Assembly: GCA_964514975.1 (NCBI GenBank)
Contig: CAZESS010000001.1
Coordinates: 35,736-99,735 of the forward strand
Direction: 5' to 3'
Origin: an uncultured Thermoplasmatales archaeon
GTDB lineage: Archaea; Thermoplasmatota; E2; UBA202; DSCA01
Length of the DNA stretch: 64,000 nucleotides
The notes beneath the pieces are model-generated. The model worked only from the letters and a program-made list of their open reading frames with translations, had not been told where the DNA came from and did no database searches. Below are positions 1-9,704 of this stretch, piece by piece (positions within the stretch are counted from its first letter, which is position 1; every line of letters starts with the position of its first letter). Made by a program: the position numbers and the translations under genes.

Positions 1-4
1 ACCT

Positions 5-1222
5 ATGAAAAAACAACTACAGCATCTATATGAAAAAATAAAGAAGACCATCTGGCCGTTCTGGGGCACCGCCGTCGAGGGCACCCCGGTCTACTACGAG
101 GACACCGGCGACCGGATGGGCACCGTCGTCGAGGTCGTCAGAAATGCCGGAGGTGCGCCGTCAGGCTACCGGGTCCGCCATGGGGAAACCGGGACGGTGA
201 CCATGCTTCCCGCCGACGCGTTGCAGTCCACCAAGCGGGGACTGCTGTTCACGCCCGTCTGGCACGTGGAGGCCGTATCGCTTGTCAGAGAACTCGAATA
301 CGCGGCGCGGCATCCACGGCTCCATGACCTCGTCGACGGCGCCTCGCTGACAGACGACGAGCCGCAGGACATGGCGACATCCGACCCGGAGCTGCGGCGG
401 AAAATCGACCATGCACGGCAGGTCAGGCGGTCGCTCGCACGTCAGCTCGAGGAACTCGAGCGGAAACGCCAGGATGTCAGGGAGCAGCTCATGGCGCTCT
501 CGGAGCAGCGCCTGCTGCGGGACATCAGCCGCCGGGCGTTCGCCGAGGCGGTCACCGAGGCACGGCGCCGCGCCCGCATCCTGGACATCAACATTGAGCG
601 CTGCAACGACCTGCTCGTCCGCTTCAGCGATCTCCCGTTTCTGCCCGCGGAGGCGCCACGGCAGGATGACGCTGAGCCGGAGGGGGTCATGCCGCTCAGG
701 GAGCTCATGCACAGCATTCCCATAAACGTGGCCGTGATGGACCGGTCGGGCGTCATCCGGAGCGTCAACGAGCAGTTCACCGAAAACCTGCACTACGAGC
801 CCGGGGAGGTAACGGGACGGCCGCTGTCCGCGCTCATGGTCGGCGACGGGCAGCATGTTGCCGAGATGTGCGATGACGGCGGCGCCAGCGACATGGAGTT
901 CACCATCCGGGACGGCCGGGGGAAAGAGCGCTGCATGTACGGGCGGGCGATGCTGGTCTCCGACAACGGCCACGGCGAGGTCATGGCGCTTGCCTTCCAG
1001 GAGAAAATGGAGGAAAGCGACACGTTCCGGAAGATGCTTACCGACCAGATATCCCACGAGTTTTTCAACCCGCTCTGCATCGCCCAGGGTTACCTCTACC
1101 TGCTCGACGAGGGCAAATACGGCGACCTGACGCCGGAGCAGCAGCGGCAGGTCCGCTCGATCGCCAAAAACCTTAAACGGATAGAGCAGCTTGTCAAGGA
1201 GACGGTGCAAGTGAAACCGTGA
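5..1222 (+). CDS. CdvA-like (PRC-barrel + coiled-coil) / PAS / HisKA(DHp) fusion protein, no HATPase domain
   Basis: N-terminal PRC-like GTPVY..TGDRMGTVVEV and LLFTPVWHVEA, then a long heptad coiled coil. PAS-like region (VAVMDRSGVIRSVNEQF...GRPL). H-box ISHEFFNPLCIAQGY; protein ends about 50 aa later. Upstream context lies outside the window. Confidence 0.8.
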   Translation: MKKQLQHLYEKIKKTIWPFWGTAVEGTPVYYEDTGDRMGTVVEVVRNAGGAPSGYRVRHGETGTVTMLPADALQSTKRGLLFTPVWHVEAVSLVRELEYAARHPRLHDLVDGASLTDDEPQDMATSDPELRRKIDHARQVRRSLARQLEELERKRQDVREQLMALSEQRLLRDISRRAFAEAVTEARRRARILDINIERCNDLLVRFSDLPFLPAEAPRQDDAEPEGVMPLRELMHSIPINVAVMDRSGVIRSVNEQFTENLHYEPGEVTGRPLSALMVGDGQHVAEMCDDGGASDMEFTIRDGRGKERCMYGRAMLVSDNGHGEVMALAFQEKMEESDTFRKMLTDQISHEFFNPLCIAQGYLYLLDEGKYGDLTPEQQRQVRSIAKNLKRIEQLVKETVQVKP

Positions 1223-1611
1223 CCACCATCCTCCTTGTGGACGACGAGCCCGACATCCACCACATCCTCGAGATAGCGCTTGAGCGGCGCAGCAGCCAGC
1301 TCCAGATGGAGCACGCCTACGACGGTGCGGCAGCCATCGAGATGTACCGGCAGCTGCAGCATGACACCCCGGATGGATGTCTCGTCCTCATGGATATAAA
1401 GATGCCGGGCATGGACGGCATCGAGGCAACCAGACGCCTCGTCGACATCGATCCGGATGCGTTTATCTACATCTTCACCGCCTACGCACATACCGATTTT
1501 GCTGACGAGGCCGTCAACGCCGGTGCCCGAGGGCTCATCCAGAAGTCGGACGACATCAGGGAGATGCTGGCGTGCATCCACGAGGCGGCCGCCCGGCTGG
1601 ATAACATTTAA
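1219..1611 (+). CDS. Stand-alone response regulator receiver (CheY-like)
   Basis: ILLVDDE, LVLMDIKMPGMDG (phosphoacceptor Asp), FTAY, GARGLIQK. GTG start overlaps the upstream TGA (GTGA). Confidence 0.93.
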   Translation: MTTILLVDDEPDIHHILEIALERRSSQLQMEHAYDGAAAIEMYRQLQHDTPDGCLVLMDIKMPGMDGIEATRRLVDIDPDAFIYIFTAYAHTDFADEAVNAGARGLIQKSDDIREMLACIHEAAARLDNI

Positions 1612-1637
1612 ACCTCGTTGTGTATTACGGTATTTGG

Positions 1638-4600
1638 ATGGGTGACATTCAGACCTATTTTTCGGAGATAGAGCGGCATGTTGAGCGATGCTACGGCATT
1701 GCGGAGAAGGCTCGTGCCAGGGGCTACGACCCCACCAGGGAGGTCGAGGTCCCGACGGCCAACGATTTTGCGGAACGCGTCGAGGAGCTTGTCGGGCCGG
1801 AGGGCATCGCCTCAGTTATCCGCAAACGCCTTGCGGATATGAGCCGCGAGCAGACGGCGCTGTCCGTTGCCATCGACATCGCCGAGGAACACGCGGGCAG
1901 CACCGAGCAGACGGTCGATCAGGCGGTGCGGACGGGCCTCGCCATCCTGACGGAGGGCGTCCTGGTGGCGCCTATCGAGGGCATCTCGGCGGTGAAAATC
2001 GGGAGCAACGCCGACGGCGGCAGCTACGTCGACCTCTATTTTGCCGGTCCCATCCGCTCCGCTGGCGGCACGGGCGAGGCCATGAGCGTGCTCATCGCCG
2101 ACGTGGTCCGCCGCAGGCTCGACATCGGCCGCTACCGGCCGACGGATGACGAGGTCGAGCGGTACAAGGAGGAGGTCCCCCTGTATGACCGCATCACGAC
2201 GCTGCAGTATTCCCCCTCGCTTGAGGAAATCGAGACCATCGTCCGCAACTGCCCTGTCTGCATCAACGGTGAGCCGACGGAGCAGAAAGAGGTGACGGGC
2301 AAGCGAAACCTGCCGCGGGTACACACCAACCGGGTCCGGGGCGGCGCCTGCCTGGTCATCGCCGAGGGACTGTGCCTCAAGGCGCCCAAGCTCCTGAAAC
2401 ATGTCGACAGCATGCAGCTCGAGGGATGGGACTTCCTCAATGCGTTCATACAGGACAACGGGGAGGAATCCCGCACCATCGCCCCGTCGGCGAAATACAT
2501 GAAAAGCCTCATCGCCGGCCGCCCCGTGTTTTCGCATCCCTCCAGCAAGGGTGGATTCCGCCTGCGTTACGGCCGCGGCCGGACCTGCGGACTGGCGTCA
2601 ACCGCCATCCATCCGGCGGCGATGCACATCCTCGACGACTTCGTTGCCCTGGGAACGCAGCTCAAAACCGAGCGGCCCGGCAAGGGAACCATCGGGACGA
2701 GCTGCACGTCCATCGAGGGGCCCATGGTCCTGCTCGACAGCGGCGACTTCGTTCAGCTTTACACGTCGGCGGAGGCACAGGAGGTAAAGGAGCACATCCA
2801 GGAAATCATCGACCTCGGCGAAATTTTGGTTCCCTTCGGCGAGTTCGTCGAAAACAACGCCATCCTGCCGCAGGCAAGCTACTGCCATGAATGGTGGATA
2901 CAGGAACTGGAGGAAGCCATCCAGGTCACCGACGAGGACATGGCGGCGGAGCATGTAGCCGAGCGACTTGGCCGGACGATGTCGCTTCATGAGCCATCGC
3001 CGGAGGAAGCGTTTTTCATCGCGGAGACGTTCGACGTGCCGCTCCATCCACGGCACACGCTCTTCTGGCATGACCTTTCCACTGACGACATAGCTGCGCT
3101 CGCCTATGCGCTCCAGCAGGCATCCTACAACGATGGCCGCCTCGAGATACCGAATGATGGAGAGGTCAAGGAGCTGCTCATGCAGCTGGGCGCCCTGCAC
3201 GTGGAAAACGAGACACATGACAGGCTCATATTGGACCGGTGTGCGCTTCCGCTGCTGCGCTGCTGCGGCTATAGGGTGGAGGACGGCCGGGTCAGGCAGC
3301 ATACATCGCCGGGGTCGGTCGACGCCACGGATGTGCTGGAGCTCGTATCGGCGCTCGCCGGCGTTTCCGTCAGGGCGAGAGCTCCCTCGCGCATCGGCAC
3401 CCGGATGGGCCGGCCGGAAAAAGCGGCGAAGCGAACCATGCGAGCGACGCCCCATGTGCTGTTTCCCGTCGGGCGGGCCGGCGGGCGAGAGCGACTGGTC
3501 AATGCTGCAGCGCGGGCGAACAAGATATCGTTCGAGGCGGGATCCCGGCAGTGCCAGCGCTGCGGCAACGTCACCTACAAGACCCGCTGCCAGTGCGGCG
3601 GCACCACCGTTTCCACGGGACGAATCGAGCGGCGGGAGGTCAAGCTGTACATGGAGGTCGACGAGGCCAAGGAGCGCATCGGCATGGTGCACATGCCCGA
3701 CAAGGTCAAGGGCGTCATCGGGCTGTCATCCCGGAGCAAGACCCCGGAGAGCCTGGAGAAGGGATTGCTCAGGGCGAAGCATGACATCTACGTGTTCAAG
3801 GATGGCACCGCTCGTTTCGACATGACCAACATGCCGCTCACTCACTTTAAACCGGAGGAGATCGGGACATCGGTGGAGCGACTCCGCGAGCTCGGCTACA
3901 CTCATGACTGGCGAGGGGACCCCCTCGAACGGCCTGACCAGGTCTGCGAGCTCAGGGTGCAGGATGTCATCCCGTCATGCTCGTGCGGCCGGTATCTCGC
4001 TCGGGTCGCCCGGTTCATCGACGAGCTCCTCGAACACTATTACGACATGGAGCCCTTCTACAACGTTGACGATCCCGCGGACCTTATCGGCAGCATGGTG
4101 GTCGGCATGTCTCCGCACACCTCCGCCGGGGCGGTCGGCCGCATCATCGGGTTCATCGACGCCGCCGTGTGCTGCGCCCACCCGTTCTATCATGCGGCCA
4201 AGCGCCGGAACTGCGACGGCGACGAGGACACCCTGATGCTCCTGATGGACGTGCTGGTCAATTTTTCGCTGGAATACATCCCTGAGAAGCGGGGCGGCCA
4301 CATGGACCTGCCCCTGGTGCTCGCCACCCGGATATCGCCCGCGGAGATCGACAAGGAGGCGGAAAACCTGGACGTGCTTTCCCGCTACCCGCTCCCGTTT
4401 TTCCAGGCGACGACACGTCACGCGCACCCAAAAGAGGTGGAGGAGGAGATGGATCTCGTTGCCGGTCGCATCGGCACCGGTCGGGAATACGACGGCTTCG
4501 GGTTCACCCATGACACCGGGGACATCGCCGACGGCGTCACCGTCTCGGCATACAAGACGCTGGGCAAGATGGAGGAAAAATTGTATGCGCAGCTCGCCCT

Positions 4601-4964
4601 GGCTCGAATCATCCGCGCCGTCGACGAAAGCGACGTTGCAGCCAGGGTGATACAGACACATTTCCTGCCCGACCTCATCGGCAACCTCAGGGCGTTCACC
4701 AAGCAGCAGGTCCGCTGCGTCAAATGCAACACCAAATACCGGCGCATCCCGCTCAAGGGGCGGTGCACCAACTGCGGCAAATCGCTGACGCTGACCGTCC
4801 ACGAAAAGTCAATCAAAAAATACCTGGAGCCCGCCAAGCGCATCATAGAGGACTTCGAGGTGCCCACCTACACCAGGCAGCGCCTTCTTTTGTTCGAAAA
4901 ATCCGCCGAGTCATTGTTCACCAACGACAAGGTCACGCAGACGAAGCTGCCGGGCTTCGGATAA
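1638..4964 (+). CDS. polC: DNA polymerase D large subunit (DP2)
   Basis: GLAILTEGVLVAPIEG, YFAGPIRSAGGT, GGFRLRYGR, KRRNCDGDED catalytic motif and C-terminal CxxC zinc fingers. ATG at 1638 with TTTAAA about 30 nt upstream. Confidence 0.97.
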   Translation: MGDIQTYFSEIERHVERCYGIAEKARARGYDPTREVEVPTANDFAERVEELVGPEGIASVIRKRLADMSREQTALSVAIDIAEEHAGSTEQTVDQAVRTGLAILTEGVLVAPIEGISAVKIGSNADGGSYVDLYFAGPIRSAGGTGEAMSVLIADVVRRRLDIGRYRPTDDEVERYKEEVPLYDRITTLQYSPSLEEIETIVRNCPVCINGEPTEQKEVTGKRNLPRVHTNRVRGGACLVIAEGLCLKAPKLLKHVDSMQLEGWDFLNAFIQDNGEESRTIAPSAKYMKSLIAGRPVFSHPSSKGGFRLRYGRGRTCGLASTAIHPAAMHILDDFVALGTQLKTERPGKGTIGTSCTSIEGPMVLLDSGDFVQLYTSAEAQEVKEHIQEIIDLGEILVPFGEFVENNAILPQASYCHEWWIQELEEAIQVTDEDMAAEHVAERLGRTMSLHEPSPEEAFFIAETFDVPLHPRHTLFWHDLSTDDIAALAYALQQASYNDGRLEIPNDGEVKELLMQLGALHVENETHDRLILDRCALPLLRCCGYRVEDGRVRQHTSPGSVDATDVLELVSALAGVSVRARAPSRIGTRMGRPEKAAKRTMRATPHVLFPVGRAGGRERLVNAAARANKISFEAGSRQCQRCGNVTYKTRCQCGGTTVSTGRIERREVKLYMEVDEAKERIGMVHMPDKVKGVIGLSSRSKTPESLEKGLLRAKHDIYVFKDGTARFDMTNMPLTHFKPEEIGTSVERLRELGYTHDWRGDPLERPDQVCELRVQDVIPSCSCGRYLARVARFIDELLEHYYDMEPFYNVDDPADLIGSMVVGMSPHTSAGAVGRIIGFIDAAVCCAHPFYHAAKRRNCDGDEDTLMLLMDVLVNFSLEYIPEKRGGHMDLPLVLATRISPAEIDKEAENLDVLSRYPLPFFQATTRHAHPKEVEEEMDLVAGRIGTGREYDGFGFTHDTGDIADGVTVSAYKTLGKMEEKLYAQLALARIIRAVDESDVAARVIQTHFLPDLIGNLRAFTKQQVRCVKCNTKYRRIPLKGRCTNCGKSLTLTVHEKSIKKYLEPAKRIIEDFEVPTYTRQRLLLFEKSAESLFTNDKVTQTKLPGFG

Positions 4965-5000
4965 AAAAAGAAATACATAAATATTTCCAGTCGTTGGTAT

Positions 5001-5930
5001 ATGCGCCGTGCTGTACCGACACGTCCGGCATGGAGGAGTCCCGTGTTACAACGTTTCCGCAGCCTGTTTTTTCACGAGCCGGGAGCACCGGGCATGCGGT
5101 TTTCAACGGTGCAGGAATGGCGCGAAAACGTTTTCTACGCTATTTTCGTCGTCACGCTCATCCTCGGCACGGTCGCGCTCCTCGTCAGCGCATTCTACGC
5201 CGTGCGACATGGTGACTGGCTCAACCTGGCCGTTTTCTGCGGGGTATATGCCCTCGCTCTCATTTTTACGTTCACCGCCCGGGTGCCCTTCCGCGCCCGG
5301 GTGACCGGCTGGCTGGTTATTTTTTATCTGCTGGGCCTGGTGACGTTTCTGTCGCTCGGGCCGGTGGGCAGCTTTCGCATCTGGTGGTTTTCGCTGGCCG
5401 TCATCGCCGGCCTCCTGCTCGGGCTTTATGAGGGCATCGTCGCGGTGGTCGTCAACGCGGCGTCGCTGACCGTGCTTGGATACCTCGCCGCCGTCGGCCA
5501 TGTAAGCTGGTCATCCGCCGCGTTCGCACCAGAGACATGGGCGATTACCGGGGTAACCTTCGTTTTTTTGAACGCGGTGGCCGTGGTGTCTGTCGCGCTG
5601 CTCATCCGGGGTATCGAGCATCTTTTCGTCACCGCCACCCGTCACGCCGAGGCGCTCCGTGCGTCGCACCGCCGGCTGGAGACCGAGGTAATGGAGCGTA
5701 AAAGAGCCGAGGAGGAAATGGAGCGCGCCCTGGAGCTCGAAAAACGGTTCAAGGCCGATGCGGCGCATTTCTTTTTGAACCCTATCGCCATCGCCAAGGG
5801 CTACATGGACCTCGCCATGGAGCGGATGAGCCAGCCGGGGCGACGGCGCCTTGCCGCGGCGCGTGCCGCCATCCGGCGCGTGGAATCCGTCATCAAGAAC
5901 ATCGTTGAAAAGGGAGAGATACGCGAATAG
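5001..5930 (+). CDS. Polytopic membrane sensor-like protein with C-terminal HisKA(DHp), no HATPase domain
   Basis: About 6 hydrophobic segments, a coiled-coil linker (ERKRAEEE) and H-box AAHFFLNPIAIAKGY; ends at GEIRE. Start could be 5094. Confidence 0.75.
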   Translation: MRRAVPTRPAWRSPVLQRFRSLFFHEPGAPGMRFSTVQEWRENVFYAIFVVTLILGTVALLVSAFYAVRHGDWLNLAVFCGVYALALIFTFTARVPFRARVTGWLVIFYLLGLVTFLSLGPVGSFRIWWFSLAVIAGLLLGLYEGIVAVVVNAASLTVLGYLAAVGHVSWSSAAFAPETWAITGVTFVFLNAVAVVSVALLIRGIEHLFVTATRHAEALRASHRRLETEVMERKRAEEEMERALELEKRFKADAAHFFLNPIAIAKGYMDLAMERMSQPGRRRLAAARAAIRRVESVIKNIVEKGEIRE

Positions 5931-5933
5931 CCG

Positions 5934-6518
5934 CTATTCTTTGAGCTCGCCGTCGTAGATGACGTTTTTGACCACGGTTTCGATCCGGGCGAGCGCCTGT
6001 CTGGCCGCCTCGAGCATCGCCTCGTCGTCGCCGTTGCTTTCCCGGTTGAGCACGAGCTGGAGGTAGCCCTGGGCGATGCAGAGCGGGTTGAAGAAATGAT
6101 GGGAGATGCATTCCTTGAACAGCCGCTCCCGGCAGAGCTGGCTTTGCAGGTTGCGTTCCATCTGTTTGACCATGTCGAGGTTTCTGACGACGCCGACGTA
6201 CTGCGGGTGTCTGCCATTGCTGGCTACCCGATGGAACCGTATCTCCACCGTCGTCGCGTTGCCGTTGTTCCGGAGGGAGCGGTAGAGCAGCCGGCCGCCG
6301 TCCCGGAGCGTGTTCATTACGTTGTCGCCGTCCTCGGATGTGGGCTGGAGCAGCTCCTGCAGCGGTATATCCCGCGTTTTTTCCGGGTGTCTGCCTAGCA
6401 GCGAGGCGGCGGTGTCGCTGAGATGGATGCAGCGTCCGTCTGTGTCGAGCAGCATGATGCCCTCCTCGGTGCTGATGCCGGTGCGGGATGCCTCTCGGGT
6501 GACGGTACACAGCTCCAT
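5934..6518 (-). CDS. PAS + HisKA(DHp) protein, no HATPase domain
   Basis: EGIMLLDTDGRC...LLG PAS-like region and H-box ISHHFFNPLCIAQGY; ends at GELKE. ATG 6518 preferred over TTG 6557. Confidence 0.75.
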   Translation of the reverse strand: MELCTVTREASRTGISTEEGIMLLDTDGRCIHLSDTAASLLGRHPEKTRDIPLQELLQPTSEDGDNVMNTLRDGGRLLYRSLRNNGNATTVEIRFHRVASNGRHPQYVGVVRNLDMVKQMERNLQSQLCRERLFKECISHHFFNPLCIAQGYLQLVLNRESNGDDEAMLEAARQALARIETVVKNVIYDGELKE

Positions 6519-6650
6519 GGTTGCCTCGTTTGCTTGCAAAATACAAACATTATACAAACATTGGTATATATTGTTTACTTTTCACAATTTTGTGCCGATG
6601 GCGCAACACGGGCGCCGCATGTTTTTAGTACCGCGGCTGCTTCCCCATTC

Positions 6651-7094
6651 ATGGAGATACGAAGAGCCCGTTCAGGCGATGCGGTACACATCGCAGACCA
6701 CAACATCGCGCTTGCCCGGGAAACAGAAAACAGGTCCATCGCCCGGGACACGGCGCTCCGGGGCGTCCGCGCCGTCCTCGACGACTCCGGCAGGGGCTTC
6801 TACCTCGTTGCAGCAGACGGGGACACCATTGTCGGCCAGCTCATGGTCACCTCGGAATGGAGCGACTGGCGTGCCCGCCCGATATGGTGGCTGCAGAGCG
6901 TCTACGTCAGGCCTTCATGGCGGCAGCGAGGCATATTCCGCCGGATGCTCACCTCGCTGCGCCAGATGGCCCGCGAGCACGACGTCTGCGAGCTCCGCCT
7001 CTACGTCCACCAGGACAACCAAAAAGCATGCAGGGCCTACCGCCAGCTCGGGTTCACCCGGCTTCCCTACCAGATGTACGGCATCGACGCATAA
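6651..7094 (+). CDS. GNAT family N-acetyltransferase
   Basis: MEIRRA start, WWLQSVYVRPSWRQRGI motif A, LYVHQDNQKA..Y..LGF. Confidence 0.9.
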   Translation: MEIRRARSGDAVHIADHNIALARETENRSIARDTALRGVRAVLDDSGRGFYLVAADGDTIVGQLMVTSEWSDWRARPIWWLQSVYVRPSWRQRGIFRRMLTSLRQMAREHDVCELRLYVHQDNQKACRAYRQLGFTRLPYQMYGIDA

Positions 7095-7173
7095 CCAACG
7101 CATCCTTTTTATAGTCGCTGTTTATCAATACAGCCATCAACCATGCGGCCCGGATGCCGCGAGGAGACACCAC

Positions 7174-8025
7174 ATGTCCATGTCAACACATTTCGAGGAC
7201 CACTCCGGGTTTCTCTGCACCGGGGAGCCATATGAAACGGCAGACGTCACGCTCTTCGGCGTCCCCTATGACGGCACAGCCAGCTTCACCCCCGGCGCAC
7301 GACACGGCCCCGCAGCCATCCGCCATGCATCCTGGGGGCTGGAGCCATACAGCCCGGCGCTGGAACGCACGCTGCTCGACCTGTCCATCTGTGACCTCTA
7401 TGACCTGCCGACGTTTGGCACACAGCGGGAGATATTCCGCAACGTCAGAGCGGCAGCGGAGCAGGCTGCCAGGGACGGCATGCCATTTCTCGCGCTCGGC
7501 GGCGACCATTCCGTGACCTATCCACTCGTCGAGGGCACACACCGCGTGGTGGACACTCTCGCCGTGCTGGTCTTCGACGCCCATCTCGACCTCCGCGACA
7601 CCTACCAGGGCAACCCGCTCTCCCATGCCTGCACGGTCCGTCGCTGCCATGAAACAGTCCCCGAGGTCTACCATTTCGGCGGCCGCTCCGGCGTCGAAGA
7701 GGAATGGCAGGAACAGGAGATACATCGACATGCGGGGCTGCTCCCCGAAACAGTTGTCGAGGAGCTCATGGACGGCGACTGCCCGCTCTACGTCAGCATC
7801 GACATCGACGTGCTCGACCCCGCATATGCCCCCGGTGTCGGCACACCGGAGCCGGGCGGCTGCACCACCCGGGAGCTTATCAGCGCAATCCACCGGCTCA
7901 GCATGCTCCGGCCTCGCCTCGTCGGCTGCGACATCATGGAGGTCACCCCCGCGCAGGACCCCGCCGGGATAACCGCCAGCGCCGCGGCGTTTCTCGCACG
8001 CGAGCTCCTCATGCTGCTGGCATAG
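7174..8025 (+). CDS. speB: Agmatinase (ureohydrolase family)
   Basis: GVPYDGT, GARHGP, LGGDHS, FDAHLD, SHA, SIDIDVLDP..APGVGTPEPGG. GAGGAG RBS at 7161. Confidence 0.92.
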   Translation: MSMSTHFEDHSGFLCTGEPYETADVTLFGVPYDGTASFTPGARHGPAAIRHASWGLEPYSPALERTLLDLSICDLYDLPTFGTQREIFRNVRAAAEQAARDGMPFLALGGDHSVTYPLVEGTHRVVDTLAVLVFDAHLDLRDTYQGNPLSHACTVRRCHETVPEVYHFGGRSGVEEEWQEQEIHRHAGLLPETVVEELMDGDCPLYVSIDIDVLDPAYAPGVGTPEPGGCTTRELISAIHRLSMLRPRLVGCDIMEVTPAQDPAGITASAAAFLARELLMLLA

Positions 8026-8064
8026 AAATAGTTAAAAGAGGGGCGGCCATGTTGCCCTGATACC

Positions 8065-8982
8065 ATGGACACGGAGCTGGCAGTCATCGGGGCAGGAAGC
8101 GCGGGCTACACAGCCGCCATCTACGCCGGCAGAGCGGGCATCGACGCCATCGTCTTCGACACGGGCATGGGCGGCGGTCTCTCCACCTGGGCACCCCGGA
8201 TAGAAAACTATCCCGGCTTCCCCGACATATCCGGCGTCGACCTCATGGACCGGATGAAAGAGCACGCGGAGCCCTACGCCACGTTTCGCTACAACGAGGA
8301 GGTCGCCGCCATCGAGCCAGACGGCGACGGCTTCAAGGTCACCACGGCAAAGGATACCTACACCTCCGGCGCAATAATCATCGCCACCGGCACCACCCCA
8401 CGGCAGCTCGATGTCCCCGGAGAAAACAAGCTCCGGGGGCGCGGCGTCTCCTACTGCGCCACCTGCGACGGCTCCTTTTTCACCGGCAAAAAGGTAGCCG
8501 TGGTCGGCGGCGGCAACAGCGCCGTCAACGAGGCCATCTACCTCCACGGTCTGGGCTGCAACGTCACCCTCATCCACCGGCGCGACAGGCTCCGCGCAGA
8601 GGAAGCACTCGCCCGCGAAATTGATGACAAGGACATCCCGGTCATCTGGAACACCGTCGTCGAGGAGATACGGGGCGACCCCGTGGTCGAAACACTGGCG
8701 CTCAAAAACCGCAAGACCGGCGAAACCACCGAACAACAGTTTGACGGTGTCTTCATCTCCGTCGGCGAAACACCGCAGTCGTCGCTCGCCACATCCCTCG
8801 GCGTGGAAACCGACAGCCATGGATACATCAAAACCGACGAACGGCAACGCACCACCATCGAGGGCGTCTACGCCGCAGGCGACATCACGGGCGGCGTCCG
8901 GCAGATCATCACCGCCTGCGCCGAGGGCGCAACCGCAGCGCTCACCTCCATGCACACGCTGGGCAAAAGCTATCCGTTCTAG
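8065..8982 (+). CDS. trxB: Thioredoxin-disulfide reductase
   Basis: [17 protein letters not shown] redox motif, VGGGNSA, HRRD, GVYAAGD. Confidence 0.95.
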   Translation: MDTELAVIGAGSAGYTAAIYAGRAGIDAIVFDTGMGGGLSTWAPRIENYPGFPDISGVDLMDRMKEHAEPYATFRYNEEVAAIEPDGDGFKVTTAKDTYTSGAIIIATGTTPRQLDVPGENKLRGRGVSYCATCDGSFFTGKKVAVVGGGNSAVNEAIYLHGLGCNVTLIHRRDRLRAEEALAREIDDKDIPVIWNTVVEEIRGDPVVETLALKNRKTGETTEQQFDGVFISVGETPQSSLATSLGVETDSHGYIKTDERQRTTIEGVYAAGDITGGVRQIITACAEGATAALTSMHTLGKSYPF

Positions 8983-9704
8983 GCCACCCGGCTCATCCGG
9001 AAGGCGCCGGTCAGCCTGACCTCGTCCTGTTCGAGGAGGTAGTCGATCCAGTTGCGGGAGACGACCTCGCCGCAGCCCTGCGTCCGTATCTGCATGCGGG
9101 CGCCCTCCTCCTTCATTTCGATGACGCCGTCCATGAGATGCTTGATGGTTTGCACCTCGAGCTCCTCGTGCATCCCCCGGGTCATCGTGAAAATCGAGGT
9201 TGAGCCCATCCGCTTGCAGGTTCCGCTCACCACCTGCAGGAAGCGGAAGACGGCTTTTGCGTCGGCGTACACGATAAGGGTTGACAGCGAGTCCAGGATG
9301 AGCCGATGCTGCTCGTATTCCTGGGTGAACGCCTTCTCGGCTTTGATGATAGATGCGGTTATCTGCTCACGGTTGACGGGGCTGTCGACAAAGGTCACAT
9401 TGGGGCCGGTTTCGTCCAGCTCGACGCTTTTCGAATAGACGTCGATGTAGCGCACCATGCCCTCGTCCTCATAATTGGCGTAGTCGTCGTCCAGCTGGTC
9501 CATCTCCTTTTTTATGTCCATGAACGACCGGTCGGTCAGCACGAAGATAACCGGCTCGCCGTTTTGCAGCCCGGCCAGCGCATAGTATTTCATGATGATG
9601 TCCTTGCCGATAAAGGGCGCCGCATACAGCAGCGTGTTGGTCACCGCGGGCAGTCCGCCCTTCAGCAGCTCGTCCAGCCGGTCGATGCCGGTTTCAACAA
9701 GCAT
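8979..9704 (-). CDS. KaiC/RAD55-like RecA-superfamily protein
   Basis: [13 protein letters not shown], variant Walker A (AAPFIGKD), Walker B LILDSLS, DGVIEM. ATG at 9704. Confidence 0.85.
   Translation of the reverse strand: MLVETGIDRLDELLKGGLPAVTNTLLYAAPFIGKDIIMKYYALAGLQNGEPVIFVLTDRSFMDIKKEMDQLDDDYANYEDEGMVRYIDVYSKSVELDETGPNVTFVDSPVNREQITASIIKAEKAFTQEYEQHRLILDSLSTLIVYADAKAVFRFLQVVSGTCKRMGSTSIFTMTRGMHEELEVQTIKHLMDGVIEMKEEGARMQIRTQGCGEVVSRNWIDYLLEQDEVRLTGAFRMSRVA

Noticed and set aside
1638-4964. Intein in PolD DP2
   Set aside because: The length (about 1108 aa) is typical of intein-free DP2, the KRRNCDGDED motif is uninterrupted, and no LAGLIDADG or HN-C junction was seen.
6310-7173. Long N-terminal extensions given by the ORF track (agmatinase from 6310, GT2 from 25963, tgt from 45613, KaiC-like from 10061/11037)
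   Set aside because: The extensions overlap other real genes. Downstream ATGs with an RBS or TATA coincide with the start of family homology.
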